Made by a program: the position numbers and the translations under genes. Shown here one piece after another: positions 49,869-60,000 of a stretch of 64,000 nt of DNA. This DNA is from Candidatus Hodarchaeota archaeon (lineage in GTDB: Archaea; Asgardarchaeota; Lokiarchaeia; Sigyniarchaeales; SOKP01), in the NCBI GenBank assembly GCA_048886685.1, contig JBHLKM010000011.1, positions 79,115 to 143,114 of the forward strand, written 5' to 3'. The notes beneath the pieces were generated by a model that worked only from the letters and a program-made list of their open reading frames with translations, did not search any database and was not told where the DNA came from. Each line of letters begins with the position of its first letter. The stretch's first letter is position 1.

Positions 49869-52247
49869 TTATGACCAGATTTCCTCACCATTTTGGAAAC
49901 TTGCAGTATACATCTTTATTGGATCGTCTGTAATCTCAACATTTGGGACTTTTTTACCAGCAACGGTTGTAAATTCCGCTGGTACATAAAGAACAAAGTC
50001 CAAAGGCTTAATTTCACCTTTGGCGACATCAGAAACATATTTGTTAGCAGCCTGAAGATCTGGTTGATGGGTTCCTGCATATTGTCCTCCATTCTGAGTT
50101 AAATCAGCGTAAAATAGAGCGTTGCTATAAAGACTTGGGATGGCGATTGAAAATGGGAATCCTAAACCATATATCAAGTTGCCCGTTTGAACAAACTGTG
50201 CAATTTTAAGACTTGGCCATTTCCCTTTACCGTATGCAACTCCTGGGTTGAATGGATCAGGAATGTCGATAGGCATTCTAGAAATTGCAAAAGCAATACT
50301 ACAAGGAGCAACAAGTGATCTTGCCTTCATTATATCATGGTTATCTTGATTATTCTGTTTGTCTCTGTATTTATACATTGATCTCATATATTTAAAGAAT
50401 CCTTCTAAAGAACTCAATCTATCTTTGCCCATTGCAGAAACGAAGGAAGCAGCTAAATGTGTTACGAAAGTAGTTGCCCCATTTGTACCAAATTCTTCAT
50501 AAGTTACTATTCCATCGTTGTTTTCATCAAAAGCCTGAAAAAATTCTTCATTTAATTTTGTACCTTCCAATTCGTCTACAATAGCTAAATAACTTAAAGC
50601 TGTACGTTGTAGATCCCAAGCAATTTTATAAGTGTCATAAAATAACGTTTTTGTTATTATATCTGAAAAAGTATCATTTTTTATCGAACCTAAGTGTCCC
50701 TTTAATGAAATAATAGGTGAGTCTGTTAAAACATCATAACCATTAACATAATAATTCATTTGTCCTAAACCTCGCTTTTCTGCGCGTTCAAATGTGAAAT
50801 CCCGAGCAAGTGGACAATCATATCCTTCGGTTGTTATAATACTGCTTCCATCCCTTATTGCTATTGGCACTTTTTGAGGAAAGCCATCAGCAGTTCCACC
50901 CTTCAATTTTACTTTAAGAGATTCTTCAAGCGTAACATTAGAAAACATATACCGGGCGCACAAGAGATCAATTGCAACTGGATCCAAGCCTGCAAAGACC
51001 ATACCTTCTGCAGTTTTTATACCACCTCCTTGATGATCGACATTAATTGCTTCAATGCCATCAACTATATGAAACATTAATATGTCCTGATTACTCACTG
51101 CTTTAATGATATCAATCATCGTAGCTATAATTCCACCAGTTTTCATTACGATATAATTGCCATCAACGTCTTTCTTGGGTAAGGAACTTGCTCCATCAAG
51201 TTCAGAAACCCAAACTTGGTGCGGAATATAAGATTTCATACCAACAACAGTAGTACCGTGAGGTCCGGCGTAATCCCATTTATAATCCCCCTCACTTGCA
51301 TATTGCATTGGATAAAGTCCAATACCCAAGTTTTTTATAACGTTCGTGAACAAAGCAATGGCATGAACTTTGAATTTAGGGACATTTATTAAAACACATC
51401 CGGGATACGCTTTTATATCTTCCGGGTCGTTTGGATTACCGCCGATTATAACTTTATGAAGTGTAATCGATTTGTAATTCACTCCATCTGGTATCTCGCA
51501 TTTACGTCCTTTATTTGCATCATCATAAATACGGTTTAAGTCATACACCATCAATTTATCAGAAACATGTCCCGGGGGTAAATAAATGCCATTAATACTC
51601 TCTTCATAGCCATTGAGGGGATTTTCACTCTCACCTTCTTTTAATGATTCAGAAAGATATTTACGTACAAAATAAAAACCCCACCCACCATAAAAATCAT
51701 CTGATTTTCCTTCTAGAACTGCTTCTGGTGTAATCTTTTTTTCTTCGGGATTAATCCTTGAAAATCCCTCGGCTGCTGAAGTTAATGCGGTAGCGGCTTC
51801 ACCAAGCGACATCTTATAATAACTTATTCCAGCTTTTTCATGAAACCATCTCATTAAAGCAGCGATAAATCCCCATTCCGTACATGCATTGCTTCCTAAA
51901 GCAGGGCCATGGGTTACTGGATCTATACATGTAGGACCCACTGTATTAGGTTTAAATAACAGCTTCTGACCCTTTTCTAATTTTTCATTTATCTGACGGA
52001 CAAATGATGTCATCTGTTCCAAAGGTGATAAAGCATAATCCAAGTGATCATAAATATAATCAATTTTGTTTTTTATCTGATTCCAACTTTCTTGATCAGA
52101 ATTATTAATGTATTTTTGGAGCAATTGACTAATACCAGCATATGATTTACTGACATCCATCCTAACAACCCCAACTGGGGAACCAGTAGAATTATTCTCC
52201 TGTCTTCCCAAGGGGGAACTAAATCTTAACCTTTTTTGATTATTCAT
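49869..52247 (-). CDS. Large DUF362-family protein containing an EF-hand-like loop
   Basis: LLFKPN, LGEA, INVPKFKVH, IKNLGIG, IVDGI, DPVAID; DENNDGIVTYEE. Confidence 0.8.
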   Translation of the reverse strand: MNNQKRLRFSSPLGRQENNSTGSPVGVVRMDVSKSYAGISQLLQKYINNSDQESWNQIKNKIDYIYDHLDYALSPLEQMTSFVRQINEKLEKGQKLLFKPNTVGPTCIDPVTHGPALGSNACTEWGFIAALMRWFHEKAGISYYKMSLGEAATALTSAAEGFSRINPEEKKITPEAVLEGKSDDFYGGWGFYFVRKYLSESLKEGESENPLNGYEESINGIYLPPGHVSDKLMVYDLNRIYDDANKGRKCEIPDGVNYKSITLHKVIIGGNPNDPEDIKAYPGCVLINVPKFKVHAIALFTNVIKNLGIGLYPMQYASEGDYKWDYAGPHGTTVVGMKSYIPHQVWVSELDGASSLPKKDVDGNYIVMKTGGIIATMIDIIKAVSNQDILMFHIVDGIEAINVDHQGGGIKTAEGMVFAGLDPVAIDLLCARYMFSNVTLEESLKVKLKGGTADGFPQKVPIAIRDGSSIITTEGYDCPLARDFTFERAEKRGLGQMNYYVNGYDVLTDSPIISLKGHLGSIKNDTFSDIITKTLFYDTYKIAWDLQRTALSYLAIVDELEGTKLNEEFFQAFDENNDGIVTYEEFGTNGATTFVTHLAASFVSAMGKDRLSSLEGFFKYMRSMYKYRDKQNNQDNHDIMKARSLVAPCSIAFAISRMPIDIPDPFNPGVAYGKGKWPSLKIAQFVQTGNLIYGLGFPFSIAIPSLYSNALFYADLTQNGGQYAGTHQPDLQAANKYVSDVAKGEIKPLDFVLYVPAEFTTVAGKKVPNVEITDDPIKMYTASFQNGEEIWS

Positions 52248-52415
52248 ATAGTATTACTCTGTTTATTATTGAAATATTTACTATTTAAAATAACAATCAT
52301 TCAAAATAATATAAAAATATTTAGAAATTGAGATAAAACTCCTTTTTTTAAAGCTTATTATTTTCTTATATATAATGATTTAAATAAGACATTAGATATT
52401 TTTTCGATTTGAAAG

Positions 52416-52865
52416 TTATTCAATAATCTCTGTAGCAAACACTTCTAAAGAGTCTTCTACTTTAGTTTTATCGATTGATAGAACAATTTTGCTAATACCC
52501 ATAATTTCTACTTCCTTAACTTTTTCTTTAATGTCTTCAAGAGTCCCAATAAACAGGTTTTTTAAGTTCCTTTTGAAAATTTTTCTCTTTTTTCTTAGTC
52601 CTTCGAGTTCTGCTTGATCGTTAACGATTGCAATGGAAGTAAAAAGGGAAATTTCAAAGTTGGAGGGATCAAGATTGAATTTCTTTAGAGTTTCTTTAAT
52701 AATAGTGATTTTATTTTCAATTTGTTCGATATTTCCCTGAGGTATATTAATACCATCAGCTTCTCTACAGGCTATCTCCGTCATTCTGTTTCCTGATGTT
52801 CCTAAAACTATCTGAGGATATGGTTTTTGAATAGGTTTAGGAAAATTCCTATTCCTTTCTAATTT
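52416..52865 (-). pseudogene. 5'-truncated LLM-class oxidoreductase (C-terminal part only)
   Basis: Frame extends upstream of the annotated Met as KLERNRNFPKPIQKPYPQIVLGTSGNRMTEIACREADGIN, matching PKPAQKPYPKLIFGSQGTRML of 18356-19204; preceded by an in-frame TAG and AT-rich DNA. Confidence 0.78.
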
Positions 52866-53001
52866 CTAGAATTTACACTCAAAATTTCCAATAAAAATTT
52901 TAATTTTACGGATAAAAATTCTCTGAAGTTTAGGACATAAAACTTATATTCGGATAATGCTTTAAAAAAATAATTTAATTTACCATTTTAAAGAAATATT
53001 A

Positions 53002-54321
53002 TTGAACTTGGAAGATTATAGACAAAAGGAAAGTTCTGAAAAGGAAGCTCCACTCTCACCAGAAATAGATGATTATCTCTATAAGACAGAAACCATGTCT
53101 CTTTCGATAAGAGAAGGACTTTTTGGAGGGCTTTCGCAATCGTTAGCAGATCAATTTATTACACCCTATGCGCTAAATCTGTATATCAGTCCAACTCAGA
53201 TAGGGATAATGAGTTCGCTCCTTGGAATTATGTCTCCTATTGGTCAAATAATAGGCTCTAATAGAATGAAAAAACAATCACGAAGAAATATTATGTTAAA
53301 AGCTATTTCTTTTCAATTACTGATGTGGCCACTGATAATACTTTTAGGAATATTTGCCATAAATAATTGGTATGTTTCTATACTCCCAATTTTTTTAATA
53401 AGTTTTTACATACTATATTCATTTTTTGGATCAATTAGTGGACCAAGCTGGTTTTCTTTAATGGGAGATATAGTACCTGAACATCATCGAGGCCGTTATT
53501 TCTCTAAGCGAAATTTAATCATTACCGCAATCTCTATAACCATAAGTTTACTAGCTTCAGTAGCTTTGGATGAATTTGTAAGATTAAATAGACTTTTCTT
53601 AGGTTTCTTTATCATATTCTTCATTGCTTTTTTGACTAGAGCTACATCTTTGTTTTTACTAATGCGACATTATTATCCTCCTTTTACTATTGAAAAACAG
53701 TCATATATTAGCCTTAAAAAATTTTTAAAGGAAATCCCAAATAATAATTTCGGGATCTTTACTCTATTTATGGGATTTATTTATTTCTCTGTCCATATAG
53801 GAGCACCATTTGTAGGAGTTTATATGTTAAAGGTATTGAATTTCAGCTATATCGAATATGTACTTGTAAATTTATCTACCCCGCTTTTGGGCATTCTATT
53901 CTCACCCCTTTTAGGATATCTTTCAGATAAGTATGGAAATGCTCTTTTATTAAAAATATGTGGGTTATTATTACCTACAGTTCCCATTCTTTGGATAGTT
54001 ATGAATACCCCTGTTCAATTGATTTTTGGACCTCAATTAGTTTCTGCATTTGCATGGATAGGAGTAAATCTAGCAACTTCAAATTTCATTTATGACAACA
54101 TATCCACACAACAACGAGGGTTTTATATTTCATATTACAGTTTTTTTATCGGATTTGGGATATTATTCGGTGGACTTTTAGGAAGTTATCTTATAAATAT
54201 AGTCCCAATTCTTTTTGTATGTGCTTTTGAAACCCTCTTTTTAATTTCTGGAATTTTAAGATTATTTGTTGATGCAATTTTCCTATGGCGTATAAAGGAA
54301 GTAAGAGTGACAAGAAGTTAA
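53002..54321 (+). CDS. MFS transporter
   Basis: About 12 hydrophobic helices; WFSLMGDIVPEHHRGRYF, GYLSDKYG. Confidence 0.9.
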   Translation: MNLEDYRQKESSEKEAPLSPEIDDYLYKTETMSLSIREGLFGGLSQSLADQFITPYALNLYISPTQIGIMSSLLGIMSPIGQIIGSNRMKKQSRRNIMLKAISFQLLMWPLIILLGIFAINNWYVSILPIFLISFYILYSFFGSISGPSWFSLMGDIVPEHHRGRYFSKRNLIITAISITISLLASVALDEFVRLNRLFLGFFIIFFIAFLTRATSLFLLMRHYYPPFTIEKQSYISLKKFLKEIPNNNFGIFTLFMGFIYFSVHIGAPFVGVYMLKVLNFSYIEYVLVNLSTPLLGILFSPLLGYLSDKYGNALLLKICGLLLPTVPILWIVMNTPVQLIFGPQLVSAFAWIGVNLATSNFIYDNISTQQRGFYISYYSFFIGFGILFGGLLGSYLINIVPILFVCAFETLFLISGILRLFVDAIFLWRIKEVRVTRS

Positions 54322-54362
54322 GAATATAAGAACTAGGCGAAAATTGAGTTTTTTTTATTCTA

Positions 54363-56636
54363 TCATAGCAATTTTTTGAATAATCTAATTGTAAAGGTAG
54401 AACCTTTGAATCGTCCTTCAGATTCAACAATTATTCGCCCACCATGTAATTCCACAATTTCTTTTGCGATGTACAGCCCAAGACCTGAACCTTCTATATC
54501 AACGTCTAAATCTTTCCCATACCGTTCTATTTTTCCAAATTTTTCAAATAATTTCAATTTTTCTTTTTCCGTCAGTCCTATTCCAGTATCTCTTATATGA
54601 ATATCAACATAATCCGGATTCTCGCCCAGAGTTATAAAAATCCTCCCTTCTTTTGCTGTATTTTTAATTGCATTTGATATAATATTAGAAAGAACCTGCC
54701 TGAATCTTAATTTATCTATATCTAAATACAATTGCTCTGGAAGTTCTAAAATTATTTTTAGTTGACGATTAGTAGCTAGATATTTCATATCTTTCACACA
54801 ATCAATTATAATTTCTATGAGGTTTTCATTTTGAAGTTTTAAATCTAATTTCTTTGCATCCAACCTTGAAACATCTAATAAATTCTCTATTAATTGTTTC
54901 ATTCTTATGCTACCTCGGAATCCAATTTCAATGTACTTTTGGGCGTTTTTTCCAATCTCTTCTAAATAGAGTTGAGTAAGGATTTGATTTGCACCATAAA
55001 TGGAGGTCATAGGAGTTTTCAACTCATGAGAAACTCTTATAATAAGATCTTTTCTCAATTCTTGGAGCTCTAATAATCTTCTATTCTCTTCAATAATGAG
55101 TTTTTCAGCATCTTTTTTGTCAGTGATATCGGTGAATATTATAGCAAAAAATCCTTTTTCTGGAGAATATCCAGAAACTTTATACCAACGATCAAGGGCT
55201 TCTGAATAATCTTCAACTGTTAAAGGAATACCTGTGAGCCCCACATTACCAAATTTACCTACCCAATCCGCAGGATCATTCTCTGTTCCAGGAATTGCTA
55301 CTGTTACTCTCTTCCCAATTAAATCTTCTTTTTTTAATCCGGTCAACTTTTCAAAGGCGGGATTCACTTCTATATATTCATAATCAATTGGTTTGTTATT
55401 ATCATCTGTAATTACTTTATGATAAGCAAATCCGGCATTCATGTTCTCGAACAAAGAACGGTATTTTTCTTCGGATTCTTTTAATTCCTTTTCCGATTTT
55501 CTTCTTTCAGTTATATCATCAACGTGCATTAATACTAAATCAGGAGGAATATAAGCAAACTGTATTGAAAGATCTCTCTCTTCTTCTAAAACATTAACAT
55601 AATATTTTAACTCTCGAGTTATATTGATTTTATCATTAAAGCAACGATGTAAGTCTTTGAGAATATCAGGGCGGTTTTGGAAGAAAATGGATCCCAAAAC
55701 TTTCAAATATCTTTTTATATCATCTAAAGAATATTCTTCTAAAGCTTTGTTATAATCAATAAGTAGAAAGTCGTCTTCAACTTTTTGCCAGGTCAAAGTG
55801 GGTACAGGACTTCCCATAAAAAGAGCTTTGAATTTTTCTTCTGATTCTCTTAGTTTTTCCTCAGCTAATTTTTTCTCAGTAATATCATTTATTATTACTT
55901 GAATGAAACTTTCATTTCCTGTCTTAAATTTAGAGCTTTGCCAGTTAAGCCAAATTTTCCTTTCTTTTTTTGTAATAAGGAAAAATTCAATAGGATCTAA
56001 ATCCATTCCTTCACGAAACGCTTTAAATCGTTCATTAAAAAGCCGTATAAGTTGTTCTTTGTTTTTAAAATATGAAATTATCTCAAGAAAATTCTTTTCA
56101 GAGAAGTCTTCTGTAGCATATTCTGATAATTTTTTAAGAAGAGCTTTATTAGATTCAATTAAATTTCCTTTATTATCGAATATTAAGATACCAAATGGAG
56201 ACTCCTTAAACAAGTGTCTATATTTTTCTTCTGATTCTCTTAATTTCAGTTCTACCTTCTTGAATTCAGTAACATCATGACCAATCCCTAATATCGCGTA
56301 AATCTCTCCATTTTTTTTCAATGGAATTGTATTAATTTCGATATATATAAGATCTCCGTTTTTCTTTTTAACTTTATACATTCTAGGTTCTTTTACTTTT
56401 CCTGTCTGAACCGTTTCCGCCATTAAATCTTGGATTTCAACAACATTTTCTTCAATCGATAAAAAATCTATAGCATTCAGGGAAAGTATTTCTTCTTTAG
56501 AATATCCAAGTTTTTTAATTACAACATCATTAACATCAATGATATTTCCTGCTTTATCATGAAGATATATATAGCTATATGAATTTTCAAATATTTCTTC
56601 AAGATGATTATTATATTCCTGAATTATACTCATCAA
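54363..56636 (-). CDS. Cytoplasmic multi-PAS sensor histidine kinase
   Basis: Four PAS/PAC repeats ending in DVTE/DITE/DITD and joined by ESEEKY/F linkers; SHELKTP (H box), NAIK, DTGIG, GSGLGL. Confidence 0.95.
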   Translation of the reverse strand: MMSIIQEYNNHLEEIFENSYSYIYLHDKAGNIIDVNDVVIKKLGYSKEEILSLNAIDFLSIEENVVEIQDLMAETVQTGKVKEPRMYKVKKKNGDLIYIEINTIPLKKNGEIYAILGIGHDVTEFKKVELKLRESEEKYRHLFKESPFGILIFDNKGNLIESNKALLKKLSEYATEDFSEKNFLEIISYFKNKEQLIRLFNERFKAFREGMDLDPIEFFLITKKERKIWLNWQSSKFKTGNESFIQVIINDITEKKLAEEKLRESEEKFKALFMGSPVPTLTWQKVEDDFLLIDYNKALEEYSLDDIKRYLKVLGSIFFQNRPDILKDLHRCFNDKINITRELKYYVNVLEEERDLSIQFAYIPPDLVLMHVDDITERRKSEKELKESEEKYRSLFENMNAGFAYHKVITDDNNKPIDYEYIEVNPAFEKLTGLKKEDLIGKRVTVAIPGTENDPADWVGKFGNVGLTGIPLTVEDYSEALDRWYKVSGYSPEKGFFAIIFTDITDKKDAEKLIIEENRRLLELQELRKDLIIRVSHELKTPMTSIYGANQILTQLYLEEIGKNAQKYIEIGFRGSIRMKQLIENLLDVSRLDAKKLDLKLQNENLIEIIIDCVKDMKYLATNRQLKIILELPEQLYLDIDKLRFRQVLSNIISNAIKNTAKEGRIFITLGENPDYVDIHIRDTGIGLTEKEKLKLFEKFGKIERYGKDLDVDIEGSGLGLYIAKEIVELHGGRIIVESEGRFKGSTFTIRLFKKLL

Positions 56637-56834
56637 AGATTAAACCAACCCTTTTTTTAAATGAAAAATATTCTAATTTCGAAAAAAAATGATAACATAT
56701 TTATTAGTTATCTAATCTCTTATACATTTTATCACTAGATAAGGTATAAAAACTTTGTTAAAATAAAGATTTAAATACAAAATCTTACATCCATTATTAA
56801 AAAAAGTGTTTTTTACACAAAAAGTCTCAAATTT

Positions 56835-56936
56835 GCGGAACAAACGGCTTCAATGTATGAGATTGCGGCAACAGCGAATAAAATAGATAAATTAGCAGAG
56901 TCTCTGAAAGCGTCGCTAATCCAAAAGAATATTTGA
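56835..56936 (+). pseudogene. C-terminal relic of a methyl-accepting chemotaxis protein
   Basis: AEQTASMYEIAATANKIDKLAESLKASLIQKNI* resembles the MCP terminal methylation helix (EEQTASMEEI...LAEEL); GC-richer than its flanks. Confidence 0.6.
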
Positions 56937-57075
56937 TAATTTTTCTGTTGTAATTTATCAATTTGTACTTTCATTTTTCCTTTTAGCTTTTTAGAAATCC
57001 ATATAAACATAAAATATTATTAGTATTTCAACTTTTATTTCAAAATAAAATTTTTCAGTAAAAGGTTTAAGAAAA

Positions 57076-60000
57076 ATGAAGAAATTTCAAAAAATTTCAA
57101 TAATATTAATTGGATTCGCGATTATACCAAGTATTTTGTGCATTGGAGCGTTAAATGGGAACAATGTAAGCGAAAACTCGAATTTTAATAGTAATCATTT
57201 AAATATCTCTGAGGAACCCTTCCTCTTATTACAAGAATTTGGAGCGTCAACCTACTATATTTCTCCTGAAGCTTCTCCTGGCTCTAATGATGAAGTTTTT
57301 TTTTCCTTTATGACCAATAAAGATGGAAATTTTTCAATCTCAGTAAATAATTATCCAAGCGAGCTCACGAGTACAATAGAATTAGAAGATGATGTAGCTT
57401 TTGATAATCCTAGTGGAACAAATCTCTGGTATCTTTCTTATTTAGAACTAGATATAGAATTTGAGGGTCTTACTATCAATAGAATAGGGAATTATTCAAT
57501 AAAATTACTTATAAGCGATGATAAAGGAGGAACTTGGGAAAGGAAAACAATAGCAGAATTTATTCCCTCAGGTATGAATTTTGCAGAGTTATTCCGGGAC
57601 TTAGCTGGTTTAGGTCTCTCCGCGTATCCTGAAATGGGTTTGATAGGTGCGGTTTCATGGTATAATTATTCTGATTTAGTTTTTGTAGGGTCATTAGACA
57701 ATGGTACAACATGGGGTACACCGAAAACAATCATTAAGGCTGGAGATATTGGAGCAGATTTCTTTTTTAATCCTTTCCAAGGATTCTATCCCTTACTTGA
57801 AATTTGCATATTGAAAAATTCATCGATCTATGTGTTGACACAAGCTAATTCTCCAAGCTATACTCCAATAGTGTATTTCCGGAGTGATGATAACGGTATT
57901 ACCTGGAGTATCCCTAAAAATGTTACGGTCTCTCGTGGGGATAATTTAAGAAAAATTAAGATGCAGGTGGATTATGAAACTGGGGATTTTTGGTTCATGT
58001 GGATGTACACCAATGATACAATTGATTATCAAATAGAATGGAGTGAATTTAATAGATTGAATAACGAGACTTTATATTCAAATGTTCCAGTGAATATAAT
58101 ATATAATGGAAAAGATTGCAATTTTGACTTTCTTTATGATGGGCAGGGATCGATTTTCAGAATGATTCGCGTTCATCCTATTGGTAGTTACCCTTTTGAA
58201 AACTTTGAAGTATTCAATTTTACCTGTACTAGTTTTGGGAGTTCTTGGGATAACACATCACTTGGTTATCATGATGTTTTAGATAATCATTATGCTTCTG
58301 TGTTCACTTTAAATTTTGCATTTGATGGGAATGAATTTCAATTATTTTATGAAGCTTCTTATACAGGATTTACCGAACTTTATCAATATTATGTACGGAA
58401 GAATCCAATTTTTTGGGAAATTAATGGATTTTTCATAAAAGATGAACCTATTCAGATACATTGGAATGGTCGCAAATATATTACAGAGCAAATAACTATT
58501 TCGACAGTAAGGGTAGAATTTACCGCGCAAAACAATACAGATACAATTTCACGCACTAAATACATTACCATAGATAATGACACACCTTATTATGAAGAAT
58601 ACATTCAAAAAAAGCATTATTTTAATCCTCTTTCTGGTGATATCACGTTTACAGAAGTAGAATGGGATTTACTTGCTTCAGAAGAATGCACTGCTTTTTT
58701 GGAAATCTTCAAACAAGGTTCAAGCCTTAGTGATTGGCAAAAAGTAACTAATAATAATTTGCATGAATTAGATCCGAAAATATTTAGATCAAATACAGGT
58801 GAATTATATATACTCTATCACTCAGTTGAATTGGGTACAAAAATTGTATATTTAATTAAATCACATGATAATGGGATTACTTGGTCAAGCCCGGTAGAAA
58901 TTACAAGAATTACAAGCAAAAGTTCAGATTTTAGATATGAAGGAGCAGCATGGGGACCTGTAGTAATAATCTATTTACGAGATGTGGATTCAGGTGAAGA
59001 TTTATTTTATAGAAGTTTTGTTGGGGGAGAATTCTTTGAACCACCAATTCCGATGATGAATTTAGTAATAAATGATAAGGTTGAAAAATTAAAAATATCG
59101 AATAATGGAACTCTATTTCTCTTGTATAGAAATTACCCTGCCTTATATACGGTCTTAAAGTCAGCTGATTTAGGGTTTAATTGGGACGTTTCAGCTCAAT
59201 GGACTGATTATCCACCAAATTTTACTGCAGTTTATGATTTAAAGGCTGATATGGCATACGATTATGAGAATGATTTATTACACGTCGTTTTACCCTATTT
59301 AAATTATACTCGTGTTGCTAATTACTCAGTTGCAACATTAGATGTATCAACTAGCACTTGGAGAGAACCCAGAGGTACTGGAACAATTTATCCTATGGGT
59401 ACATACAGTAGAGAACCTAAATTATTAATTACCAGAGATTCAGATCCTCCCTTCATAAAATTGAAAATATTATACATACACGATCAACAAACTATGGGGA
59501 CTTGGACAAATTATACCCTCAAGGAAATAGTTTCAAATGATTTAGGGGCAACTTGGTCTGGTCCATATCTAGTAGAAAATTCAAATAATGCCACTATTTT
59601 CACATCAAGTATCTTTGATACCTTTTACGTAACCCAGAAATCTGATGGGAATGATTATGAAGTATATTTCAGTCGTGAAGGAAGTTTAATACGCACTAAA
59701 AAAGAAACTCTCTCTTCGGCATCTCATACTGATATTAGTTTTGATGGAATTGATGATTTTGGAGCCTATATCTCAGAGGGAAATTATTCTTATAATCTTC
59801 ACCTTAGAGATGATGCAGGGAATTTTATTAATACTCAAGGATGGTTTTTTGCGGACTATAATGCGCCAGAAATATCAGAACCAATAGTTAATTGGACGTT
59901 CACTCCAACACCGCGTCTTGACGTAGAAGTAACTGCAGATATAACTGATGGTATAGGATTTTCTGCTTTTATATATTATAAAAGAGATTTGGGAACCTGG

